Shown here: piece by piece, positions 1-8,175 of the stretch
Position numbering within the stretch: the stretch's first letter is position 1
How the letters are laid out: every line of letters begins with the position of its first letter
Origin: an uncultured Chloroflexia bacterium
GTDB lineage: Bacteria; Chloroflexota; Ktedonobacteria; Ktedonobacterales; JADMIN01
NCBI GenBank assembly: GCA_963718915.1
Contig: CAVRAI010000003.1
Location: 642,103 to 706,102, forward strand
Reading direction: 5' to 3'
DNA length: 64,000 nucleotides
The notes under the pieces: model-generated
The model's database searches: none
Told to the model about the DNA's origin: nothing
The model's input: the letters and a program-made list of their open reading frames with translations, nothing else
Program-made: the position numbers and the translations under genes

Positions 1-291
1 GAGATAGTCCAGATGCGAATGGATCACGTCGAAGCGGTCGGCGTCTCCATACACATCCTCGAGCATGCCGATGTGGTAGGCGGCGGCATCCATCTCAGGA
101 TCGAAGTTGATCGCCCTCTCCAGCGTCGAGACGAGCCGGGCGCTGGTGTGTGAATCGCCGGTGGCAAAGAGCGTCACCTCATGGCCAAGATTGACAAGCG
201 CTTCTGTCAACGCATACACAACACGCTCTGTGCCCCCATACCCATGAGGCGGAACCGCGATCTGGAGCGGGGCGATTTGAGCGATGCGCAT
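1..291 (-). CDS. Glycosyltransferase family 4 (GT-B fold), N-terminal part only; gene continues beyond the left edge
   Basis: Not in the ORF track because it is truncated. Manual reverse translation from ATG 291-289 gives MRIAQIAPLQIAVPPHGYGGTERVVYALTEALVNLGHEVTLFATGDSHT..., the typical GT4 N-terminal Gly-rich loop. GGAGG lies 5 nt upstream on the minus strand. Confidence 0.7.
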   Translation of the reverse strand, partial: MRIAQIAPLQIAVPPHGYGGTERVVYALTEALVNLGHEVTLFATGDSHTSARLVSTLERAINFDPEMDAAAYHIGMLEDVYGDADRFDVIHSHLDYL

Positions 292-683
292 AACTACCTC
301 CGGTAGGTTGTGAGTCTGGACGCCGATGGGCCGAGGTTAGCGTACAGGTCAAAAGCATGAGATGACACCGTAAGTTGGTGAAGTTCGCGGGATTAATACC
401 GCCCTACGCCCCTGGGTGAGTATGCTCCTTGCCTGGAGTTGAGTGATGCGCTCTGCCGATGATGCTGTAGTGGGAGAGGGGCATACTCTGCTTTTGGATA
501 GCGTGGAACTGCGCTTATGGACTCACCCGGCGTATGGCGCGGATGAAGCGGACGTTGACTATGCTCAAGATGCGTCCGGAGCGGGCGGCAGGTTGTCGTC
601 TCCATAGACGCAATGCGCGTAGAGGCGACAACGACAGGTTGAAGCGCGTTCAAGCGCGTTCACGAACACGAAGGAGAAGGCAA

Positions 684-1103
684 GTGTCGCAAATGTCTCA
701 TGCATTAGGGCGACGTCCCGGCCTCGTCACGTTCGCGGCAATCATGATGTTTCTGCTCGGCGGTTTCCAGCTCACCTTTGCGCTGGTGGAGTTTTGGCAG
801 GCGACGTGGATTCTGTTCAGCCCGTATGGCTCATTCGGCGGCTACCTGTGGCTGTGGGGCATCCTCGACGGGATCTTCGCGCTGATCGCGTTCTATGCGG
901 GCGCTGATCTCCTGCGCGGCGGATCCTTCGGGCGAATCGTCGGTATCCTGGTTGCCGCGTTTAGCGCAATCCGGTGGTTCTTCTATCTGCCCGTGGCTCC
1001 CTGGATGGCAGCGGTTGTTATCGCGGTGGACATCCTGATTATCTACGGCCTCGTGGCGCATTCTGAGTATTTCGACGAGGCGAATGCCGCGAGCGCTATG
1101 TAA
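684..1103 (+). CDS. HdeD/DUF308-like (possibly DUF7144-type) integral membrane protein
   Basis: ORF 534..1103. Start moved to GTG 684 (AAGGAG at 671-676); ATG 693 is also possible. Four hydrophobic helices are visible (LVTFAAIMMFLLGGF, WLWGILDGIFALIAFYAG, IVGILVAAFSAIRWFFY, MAAVVIAVDILIIYGLV). Confidence 0.6.
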   Translation: MSQMSHALGRRPGLVTFAAIMMFLLGGFQLTFALVEFWQATWILFSPYGSFGGYLWLWGILDGIFALIAFYAGADLLRGGSFGRIVGILVAAFSAIRWFFYLPVAPWMAAVVIAVDILIIYGLVAHSEYFDEANAASAM

Positions 1104-1134
1104 AACCAGCGCGTGTTATGAAGGGACAGCTAAC

Positions 1135-1614
1135 ATGATGCGAAGACGAATGGGTCGCCGGGTGCTCGCGACGGCGGCGGTTGGTGGCGCAGCCTATATG
1201 GTGGGCAGCCATTCCGCCAAGAAGAACGCCGCGGCACAACAGCAGGAAGAGGCTCAGAACCAACAGATTGCCGATCTCCAGGCACAGCAACAGGCGCAAC
1301 CGCAACAGGCGCAGCAGCAACCGCAGCAGGCGGATACGACGCAGCAGCAGTATGTGGCGCCACAGCAGCCACCACCACAACAGTACGCTCCGCCTCCACA
1401 GCAGCAATACGCGCCACCGCCACAACAGTATGCTCCGCCACCGCCGCAGGCGGCGCCTGAGCCGCCACCCGCGATTAGCACTACAGGGGAGCCATCGGCA
1501 GACCCCCAGGTGGTGATGGATGAGCTCAAACAACTGGGCGAGCTGAAGGCGGCTGGGGTGCTGACGGATGAGGAGTTCGCGGTGAAGAAGGCGGAGCTGC
1601 TCAAGCAAATCTGA
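1135..1614 (+). CDS. SHOCT domain-containing protein with Q/P-rich low-complexity linker
   Basis: ORF 1084..1614, start taken at ATG 1135 (MMRRRMG). Has a basic N-terminus, a PPPQQYA-type repeat linker and the C-terminal LKQLGELKAAGVLTDEEFAVKKAELL SHOCT signature. Paralogue at 54707..55120. Confidence 0.75.
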   Translation: MMRRRMGRRVLATAAVGGAAYMVGSHSAKKNAAAQQQEEAQNQQIADLQAQQQAQPQQAQQQPQQADTTQQQYVAPQQPPPQQYAPPPQQQYAPPPQQYAPPPPQAAPEPPPAISTTGEPSADPQVVMDELKQLGELKAAGVLTDEEFAVKKAELLKQI

Positions 1615-1658
1615 TGATGCTGATAGTGCTGGATAGCGGCCATCGCGGGAGGTGCTGT

Positions 1659-2114
1659 ATGACCATGGGACCGCTGGAATATGTTGTGATCGAGTTTGAA
1701 GGAAACCACTTTACCGGCGAGATCCTGCCGGAACTGCGGGCGTTGCGCAATCAGGGCGTCCTGCGCGTCGTCGACCTCGTCTTCATCCAGAAAGATGAGG
1801 CCGGGAATATGATGGCGCGTGAACTCAGCGATCTCAGCGAAGAGGAGGCAAAGCCGTTTGGCCCGATGGCTGGTGACATGCTCCGCCTGCTGACGCCGGA
1901 GGATATCGATGATGTCGCGGAGTCTGTACCCAACAATAGTTCGGCGGCGGTTGCCTTGCTCGAGCATACCTGGGCCATTCACTTGAAGGAGACCATCCAG
2001 AATGCGCGTGGCAGGGTCATTAGTGCGGGCATGGTGCCAGCGGAAGATGTAGAGGCGCTGGCGTCGGAACTGGAGGCGGAGCTGGCGGCGGAACAGACGG
2101 CAATCCCGCAGTAG
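1659..2114 (+). CDS. DUF6325-like soluble protein (family name from memory)
   Basis: ORF 1614..2114, start at ATG 1659 (GGGAGG 6 nt upstream). N-terminus is MTMGPLEYVVIEFEGNHFTGEILPELRALRNQGVLRVVDLVFIQKDEAG. No hydrophobic segment. Paralogues at 54241..54672 and 40457..41005. Confidence 0.65.
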   Translation: MTMGPLEYVVIEFEGNHFTGEILPELRALRNQGVLRVVDLVFIQKDEAGNMMARELSDLSEEEAKPFGPMAGDMLRLLTPEDIDDVAESVPNNSSAAVALLEHTWAIHLKETIQNARGRVISAGMVPAEDVEALASELEAELAAEQTAIPQ

Positions 2115-2188
2115 TCTCGTAAGTAGACGATACGCATCCCGCAGCGGGCGAGAAGCGAGAGAAACAAGAGGAGCGAGAGGAGCAAAGC

Positions 2189-2770
2189 ATGAGCAATCTA
2201 GTTGTCATCGCGTATCCCGATCAGTATCGGGCGGCAGAGGTGCTTGCGTCATTGAGACGGTTAAACAAGGAGTACCTGATCGACTTTGACGATGCGTGTT
2301 ACGTCACCAAGGATGCGTCGGGCAAGATCAAACTCCACCAGAACACCAGCCTTACCGGCGCGGCCGCTGCCTGGGGCGGCATGTGGGGGATGCTCATCGG
2401 ACTGCTGTTCTTTGTGCCATTCATCGGACTGGCCATCGGCGCGGGCCTCGGGGCGCTCTCTGGCAGGCTCGCTGACTACGGCATCGATGACAACTTCGCC
2501 AAGCAACTCACCCAGACCTTGCAGCCGAATAGTTCGGCTATCTTCGTGCTGGTGAGCAAGGCCACCCCGGACAAAGTGCTGCCTGAGGTTGCTAAGTACG
2601 GTGGCACTGTCCTCCAGACGTCCCTGCCAAAGGAGACCGAAGAGAAGCTCCAGGCGGCGCTGAGCCAGGGTGGCGGAGAGCAGGTTGCGCAGGCGCAGGC
2701 AGTCGCCGAGTCCCAGCCAGCCGCAGCCACTCAGGCGCCACCCCAGGCCGGAGCATCAGGCACAGCCTAG
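2189..2770 (+). CDS. DUF1269 domain-containing membrane protein
   Basis: ORF 2189..2770 with GAGGAG upstream. Soluble N-domain (MSNLVVIAYPDQYRAAEVLASLRRL), Gly-zipper hydrophobic hairpin (GAAAAWGGMWGMLIGLLFFVPFIGLAIGAGLGALSG), then YGIDDNF...PNSSAIFVLV. Paralogue at 53532..54107. Confidence 0.8.
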   Translation: MSNLVVIAYPDQYRAAEVLASLRRLNKEYLIDFDDACYVTKDASGKIKLHQNTSLTGAAAAWGGMWGMLIGLLFFVPFIGLAIGAGLGALSGRLADYGIDDNFAKQLTQTLQPNSSAIFVLVSKATPDKVLPEVAKYGGTVLQTSLPKETEEKLQAALSQGGGEQVAQAQAVAESQPAAATQAPPQAGASGTA

Positions 2771-2822
2771 TAGCGCATCCCAGCTGGATTCCGGCGCGGG
2801 ATATCGCGAAGAATCGCAACGG

Positions 2823-2846
2823 CCACAGGGGCTGCTTCTCCTGTGG
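2823..2846 (+). terminator. Candidate weak intrinsic terminator after the DUF1269 gene
   Basis: Hairpin CCACAGG-(10 nt loop)-CCTGTGG followed by ctgttctcattc. The T-tract is poor. Confidence 0.3.
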
Positions 2847-2923
2847 CTGTTCTCATTCGCGTTCGCGCCACGATACGCGCAATCGTAGCGGAGCTGGCTT
2901 CAGCAGGTGAGCCGGAGGCGGCG

Positions 2924-3712
2924 ATGGAAGAGCACTCAACTGGCACGGCGCCTCACAAGGTCGAGCATAGATTCCGCGCGCTTTCACGCCCCGCGGACAG
3001 TTTTGGAATCGTCTTGATTCTCCTCGTCCTCGATTACATCGCCGTCTCGGCGATCACTGACAACGCCTGGGGACGAGTCGTCATCGTTGTATTGCTGGGC
3101 GCTACCCTTCTGTTCGCGTTGCATACCTCACATGCTCGTCGTATCTGGCAGCTTCTGGCGGCGCTCTACCTCCTGGTGAGCACGCTGGTCACGGTCGTCA
3201 GCATCCTGGCGCCTGGCGCGACCGATTTTAGCTCGCAGACCTCCCTGGTGGGTGGATTGCTGTTGCTCATTACACCGGTCGCCATTTCGCGCCGCATCGT
3301 TTCGCACCGGTTTGTGACGACCGAGACGGTGCTCGGGGCGATATGTGTGTACTTGTTGATTGGTTTCTCATTCTCATTCATCTACTCGGCGATTGGTTTC
3401 GTGAGCGGCGCCCCCTTCTTCGGAGGCCAAATGCAGGCGACCGCGAACGACTACCTCTTCTTCAGCTACACCACGCTTACCACAGTAGGCTACGGCAATC
3501 TCATACCCGCGGGCAGTGTGGGGCAGACCTTCGCCATGCTCGAAGCGCTTACTGGCCAGATCTATCTGGTAATCGTCGTCGCACGGTTAGTCTCCCTCTG
3601 GGGCCAAGAGCGCCCCTCATCGGCAGTGAGAGGCATGCGCGGCGCGGAAACCAATAACACGCCGCAGGAGCGCGCCCAGTCTCCACAGACTCCCCAACCG
3701 CCAACCGGTTAG
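2924..3712 (+). CDS. Two-TM-type potassium channel family protein
   Basis: ORF 2843..3712. Start preferred at ATG 2924 (GGAGG 5 nt upstream). Selectivity filter TTLTTVGYGNLIP; several TM helices. Confidence 0.8.
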   Translation: MEEHSTGTAPHKVEHRFRALSRPADSFGIVLILLVLDYIAVSAITDNAWGRVVIVVLLGATLLFALHTSHARRIWQLLAALYLLVSTLVTVVSILAPGATDFSSQTSLVGGLLLLITPVAISRRIVSHRFVTTETVLGAICVYLLIGFSFSFIYSAIGFVSGAPFFGGQMQATANDYLFFSYTTLTTVGYGNLIPAGSVGQTFAMLEALTGQIYLVIVVARLVSLWGQERPSSAVRGMRGAETNNTPQERAQSPQTPQPPTG

Positions 3713-3919
3713 CCTTTCGGTGAGGCGCATTCCCCCCATTTGTATGGGCGGTGACTACCCTGCCAGACATACCTTGCGCATGAGGACAAGCCAGACCGCA
3801 CTCTATATGCTTCCCATATGCTTCCCATGTGCGCGCCAAATGCACGCGCGGCGCCAGGCCATGTGCCTGTCACGTCTGGGGTGGCAGTGTGTATGGGGAA
3901 TATGGGGAGAAACGCATCC

Positions 3920-5200
3920 ATGCGAGATTCGAAGAATACCGCGGCTGGGCAGCAACGGCGGCTTCCCTTGCCGAACCTGCGCCTGATTCTCGGTATCGTC
4001 GCCGCCGCGTTCGCGGTCATGCTGGTGTTGCAGGCGATCACTATTGCCGCGCTCACGATGGTGGACAGGCAGCGCAAACGCCGGAGCGCCCCGGCGGCTT
4101 TTCCGCATAGCGAGCTGCCCGAAGTCACCCTCGACGGTAGCTCTTTCCAGATCTACGTCTACGGGCGCGACCTCTACGATGCGATGCTTACCGCCATCGA
4201 TGAGGCTACCGACACCATCTATATGGAAACATTCATCTGGAAGGATGATGAGGCTGGCCAGGAATTCAAGGAGCATCTCGCGCGCAAGGCCGAGCAGGGG
4301 GTCGCGGTCTATGCGGTCTACGATGTCTTCGGCAATCTCGTGGTGCCGCGCGACTTTAAGCAGTTTCCCGCCAACATCCATCTGCTGCGCTACCGTGCCA
4401 TCCATCGCCTGCGCCACCTGCTCATGCCGCGCCGCTATGCCCTCGACCATCGCAAGCTGTTGATCGTGGATGGCCGGATCGCCTTTATCGGCGGCTACAA
4501 CATCGGCAGTCTCTACGCCACCGAATGGCGCGACACCCACCTGCGTATCACCGGGCCAGACGCCGCATTCATCGCCCAGGCGTTCGTCGACTTCTGGAAC
4601 CGGAACGCCCCGCGCTCCGATCTCATCAACAAACGCTACCAGCGACACTACAACGCCGCAATGGGCGTGCGCAGCAATGACGCGATGCGCCTGACATTCC
4701 CCATTCGCGACATGTATCTCAACGGAATCGACGCCGCCGACCGCGACATCCGCCTCACCAGCGCCTATTTTATTCCTGACCACGTCTTGCTGAACTCGCT
4801 CAAAGCGGCGGCGGCCCGTGGGGTGGATGTGCAGGTGCTCGTGCCGTGGACATCGAACCATATCGTCGCCGACTGGGCCTCCCACGCCTACTTCACTGAA
4901 TGCCTGCAAGCGGGCATCCGCATCTTTGGCTATGAGCACGCGATGATTCATGCCAAGACCTGTACCGTGGATGGCGAGCTTACGACCATCGGCACCGCGA
5001 ATATCGACCGGCTCAGCTCCGTTGGCAACTATGAGATCAACGCGGTGATTGTCAACCCGGACGTAGCCAGTCAGATGGAGCGCATCTTCGAGGCCGACAA
5101 ATCGAACGCGTTCGAGCTGACGCTGGAAAAGTGGCGTTCGCGCCCGTGGTACGTCAAAGCAAGCGAGCGGATCATCAAACCACTGCGGTTCGTCCTGTGA
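3920..5200 (+). CDS. cls: Cardiolipin synthase / phospholipase D family protein
   Basis: ORF 3818..5200. The start is uncertain (ATG 3893, 3902 or 3920). N-terminal TM LILGIVAAAFAVMLVLQAITIAAL. Two HKD motifs: HRKLLIVDGRIAFIGGYNIG and HAKTCTVDGELTTIGTANID. Confidence 0.75.
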   Translation: MRDSKNTAAGQQRRLPLPNLRLILGIVAAAFAVMLVLQAITIAALTMVDRQRKRRSAPAAFPHSELPEVTLDGSSFQIYVYGRDLYDAMLTAIDEATDTIYMETFIWKDDEAGQEFKEHLARKAEQGVAVYAVYDVFGNLVVPRDFKQFPANIHLLRYRAIHRLRHLLMPRRYALDHRKLLIVDGRIAFIGGYNIGSLYATEWRDTHLRITGPDAAFIAQAFVDFWNRNAPRSDLINKRYQRHYNAAMGVRSNDAMRLTFPIRDMYLNGIDAADRDIRLTSAYFIPDHVLLNSLKAAAARGVDVQVLVPWTSNHIVADWASHAYFTECLQAGIRIFGYEHAMIHAKTCTVDGELTTIGTANIDRLSSVGNYEINAVIVNPDVASQMERIFEADKSNAFELTLEKWRSRPWYVKASERIIKPLRFVL

Positions 5201-5219
5201 GACGGCGGGGGAATGTCGC

Positions 5220-5792
5220 GTGACGCGCAGAATCGACTATAGCAGCGATGAATGGGCGCTCCTCACCATCACCCCGGAACTCATCGGACTCAAGATGCTC
5301 GCGGTCTCCCGGAGCGGCCCGATAGGCAAGCTGCGCGAGCTTGTCGCGCTCTCCGCATGCCTGACGCCCGAGTCTGTCCCCGCGCGATTCAGGCGCAACG
5401 AGCTGGTGCTGGCGCTGCTGGAGGATAGCGGGTTCCAATCCTCCACTGCTCTTTCGTGGGGCAGCATGAATGGACTGGCTACAACGATAGCAACCGCGCG
5501 GCTCCGGGCGTTGCCTTCGTGTGAGAAAGTCGCCGCCCTGCTCATGGATAAGACGCCGTGGGCTGAGGCGGATGGCGTGAAGCGATGGCTGTTCTGGCTG
5601 GCTACGTCTGTCGCGCGGGCGAGCAGCGATGGGTGGCTAGGTTTTGGACGGAGGGTGAGCGCGGAGGAAGCGACGTTGCTGCGGCAGATCGCCACATCGC
5701 TTCATCTCTCTCTGGCCGACCCGATTCCATCCATAGGCCACCTCGATACGACACACCCTGCGCTACAGGATGTCGAAGATGTTCCTGGGTAG
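5220..5792 (+). CDS. Hypothetical protein
   Basis: ORF 5220..5792 (GTG start), co-directional with its neighbours. No motif recognised. Confidence 0.4.
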   Translation: MTRRIDYSSDEWALLTITPELIGLKMLAVSRSGPIGKLRELVALSACLTPESVPARFRRNELVLALLEDSGFQSSTALSWGSMNGLATTIATARLRALPSCEKVAALLMDKTPWAEADGVKRWLFWLATSVARASSDGWLGFGRRVSAEEATLLRQIATSLHLSLADPIPSIGHLDTTHPALQDVEDVPG

Positions 5793-5907
5793 CGCCGCTG
5801 GAGATGGCCATTGGCGAACCAACAAGGGCCAGTGATGACCAGAGTGATGACCAGTGATGACCAGCGATAGGTGGCGCGGGCCGGTCAACGCGGGGGGAGC
5901 GCAATAC

Positions 5908-7308
5908 ATGAGCGGGCGCGGTAACTCGCCGCTATCAGTGTTTGCGGAGGGGAACTGGAGGCGGAACCTCTGGATCTGGGCAACGCCGCTGCTCTTTTTT
6001 GTGGGCGCGATTGCCTTTGCGCTTCTCACGCTGCAATGGGATCAGGCGGTTGCCGCGGGACATCTCGCCTTGCCGAGATGGGCGGTGAGCGATGACCCCG
6101 GTGACGCTCAGTCCATCCTCTCGGTCGTCGCGGGCGCGTCCATCAGCGCGCTCACGCTGGTCTTCTCTTCGGCGCTGGTCGTGCTGACGCTGGCGGCGGC
6201 GCAGTTCGGCTCTTTTCTGTTACATGACTTCATCCGCATGCGCATCGTGCGCTTAACCCTCAGTATGTTTGTCGCCACGTTCGTGTATAGCCTGATGATA
6301 CTGGCGCGCGTGGGGGACGGATTGACCCAGGAGTTCGTCCCTCAAATCTCCGCCAAAATCGCGATGGTGCTTGCCTTTGTCAGCTTAATACTGCTGATCG
6401 GATTCATCTATAGCATCTCGATCTCGATCCAGGCCCAGCAGGTGGCCGCGCAGGTGGCTGCCGAACTGCGACGGGCGATTGACGAGCGCCAGCGTGCGAT
6501 TGCCTCCGAGGGAGGGATCGATGTCTCCGACGCGCCCGTGCCAGACAATCTGGCCGAGGCTACTCGTCATCTGGCAGCGGACGCGGCGTCGGTGACTGCG
6601 ACGAAGAGCGGCTACCTCCAGGAGCTTGCGTTTCGGAAGCTGGTGCGCGCAGCCAGCCAGGCGGGGGCCGTCGTACATCTTATGTACCGCCCAGGGCAAT
6701 ACATTCTGGCTGGTTCGGTGCTCGCCGAGGTCTGGCCACCACATGCCATTGATGCGCACTCGCCATTGGCGTCGGCGGTCCAGCGCGCCCATATCGTGGG
6801 ATCGCAGCGCACGATGCGCCAGGATCTCGAGTTTGCCATCGACAAGCTCGAACAGATTGCGTTGATCGCGCTCTCCGCTTCGATCAACAATACCTTCAAC
6901 GCGCTGATCTGCATCGACTGGCTCGCCGATGGGCTGCGCATGCTTGCCGAGAAGCCCAGCGACTGGCTTGTCTACCATGATGTGCAGGGCGCCGTCAGGG
7001 TCATCACCCAACCACTCACGCTGACGAGCCTCATCGACGCCGCATTCTCTAAAGTCCGCTACGCGAGTCGCGGCAATCCGGCGGTGGTCATCCACCTGCT
7101 GCGGGCAATTGGCCGCCTCGCGCCGTTTCTTGCCGCGCCGGAGCAGCGTGACGCGCTGGCAGCCCAGGCGAACGCGGCGGTCGAGGAGGCGCTGCACGTG
7201 CTTTCGCTGGAATCGGACCGTGCGGCGGTTCTCGATTGCTACACGAGTACCTGCGAGGTTCTTGGGCGGCCAGCGCTCCTGTCTCCGGCGCGGGCGCCTG
7301 TGCGCTGA
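5908..7308 (+). CDS. DUF2254 domain-containing membrane protein
   Basis: ORF 5854..7308, start preferred at ATG 5908 (GGGGGAG upstream). N-terminal multi-TM region (LWIWATPLLFFVGAIAFALLTL...) followed by a large soluble domain, the architecture I associate with DUF2254. Confidence 0.7.
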   Translation: MSGRGNSPLSVFAEGNWRRNLWIWATPLLFFVGAIAFALLTLQWDQAVAAGHLALPRWAVSDDPGDAQSILSVVAGASISALTLVFSSALVVLTLAAAQFGSFLLHDFIRMRIVRLTLSMFVATFVYSLMILARVGDGLTQEFVPQISAKIAMVLAFVSLILLIGFIYSISISIQAQQVAAQVAAELRRAIDERQRAIASEGGIDVSDAPVPDNLAEATRHLAADAASVTATKSGYLQELAFRKLVRAASQAGAVVHLMYRPGQYILAGSVLAEVWPPHAIDAHSPLASAVQRAHIVGSQRTMRQDLEFAIDKLEQIALIALSASINNTFNALICIDWLADGLRMLAEKPSDWLVYHDVQGAVRVITQPLTLTSLIDAAFSKVRYASRGNPAVVIHLLRAIGRLAPFLAAPEQRDALAAQANAAVEEALHVLSLESDRAAVLDCYTSTCEVLGRPALLSPARAPVR

Positions 7309-7354
7309 GGGCCAGCTTCCCAGGGTGGCTCATACCGAGCGCGTTAACACTTGG

Positions 7355-7771
7355 TTAACACTTGAAGGTGGACTTCAACGAGTTTACCTTGGTCTGCGCC
7401 TGGGCCACCTTGCTCTTGAAGTCCTGGAGCTTGGGGCCGACCTGACCCATCGTGGCGTTATCGGGCTGGTCTTTGATCGCCGCCGTTAGCTCATCGTTGG
7501 CCTGCTGGAGGTCGCTCATCGTTGAGCCGTCCAGTCCAGGGATCTTGCTGAGCACGCCGATCGCGGTGGTAAGTTTCTGCTGGATCGCCTTGACCTCGCC
7601 CACCGTGGTCTGATCGCCCACATTGGCGAGCTGGTTGAGCGGCTGTTCAACCGCCGCCAGGCCCTGGCATATCTTGTTCGTTACGCCCCCGGTGGAGATG
7701 GATGTGGCGCCGCAGCCCGCCAGCAGCAGGAGCGCGGCCAGCAGGATGATGGCTACACGTGAGTGACGCAT
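7355..7771 (-). CDS. Lipoprotein, function unknown
   Basis: ORF 7355..7771. Signal peptide with lipobox MRHSRVAIILLAALLLLAGC. GGAGG upstream. Confidence 0.7.
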   Translation of the reverse strand: MRHSRVAIILLAALLLLAGCGATSISTGGVTNKICQGLAAVEQPLNQLANVGDQTTVGEVKAIQQKLTTAIGVLSKIPGLDGSTMSDLQQANDELTAAIKDQPDNATMGQVGPKLQDFKSKVAQAQTKVNSLKSTFKC

Positions 7772-7868
7772 GGTGGAACCTCCTGTATTGGGCTGTTGGG
7801 CTGTTGGGCTGTCCTGGCATATCAGGCGACCCGGCTCTGCGCCGCGCGCCTGGCTTCCTCTCCCACCT

Positions 7869-7933
7869 CAGCATAGCCGCCGCCCATGCTCGCTACCCCA
7901 TCCGCAGGGTGAGTACGCCGGGCGGGTTTTCCC
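7869..7933. other. Conserved about 65-nt intergenic element, copy 1 (partner at 10757..10820)
   Basis: CAGCATAGCCGCCGCCCATGCTCGCTACCCCATCCGCAGGGTGAGTACGCCGGGCGGGTTTTCCC aligns by eye with the copy at 10757 at roughly 85 percent of positions. Confidence 0.7.
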
Positions 7934-8175
7934 TTATCTTTGTGGGAAGCCACGCAGTAAGCAGGCGGTAGTGGTGGTATGCTCGTATGGCGAGGGTACG
8001 GTGAGGGCAATAGACGTAACAAGACCAGGAGCGCCTGGCACAACCAGTGATAGACTGGAGGCATGAGCATGAGCGCGTACACTCTGGGCCGGGGACGCGA
8101 CCGTGGTATCGGACGGTCGGTTTCGGCGCAATCGGGGTCCATCCGACGACGAGGCGGGCGAGAGGAGCCTGTGCG

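Noticed and set aside
2843-2923. GTG 2843 as the start of the K+ channel gene.
   Set aside because: The codon lies inside the hairpin 2823-2846 and has no SD. ATG 2924 has GGAGG 5 nt upstream.
3803-4951. Long antisense or overlapping ORFs. Examples: 3803..4951(-) 382 aa, 11340..12593(-) 417 aa, 13521..15053(-) 510 aa, 26923..28023(+) 366 aa, 34933..35907(+) 324 aa, 42952..44010(+) 352 aa, 46288..47160(-) 290 aa, 59895..60827(-) 310 aa.
   Set aside because: Each lies opposite a gene with clear family motifs. Each is Arg/Ala/Gly/Pro-rich with no recognisable domains or SD sites. These are typical shadow ORFs of GC-rich DNA.
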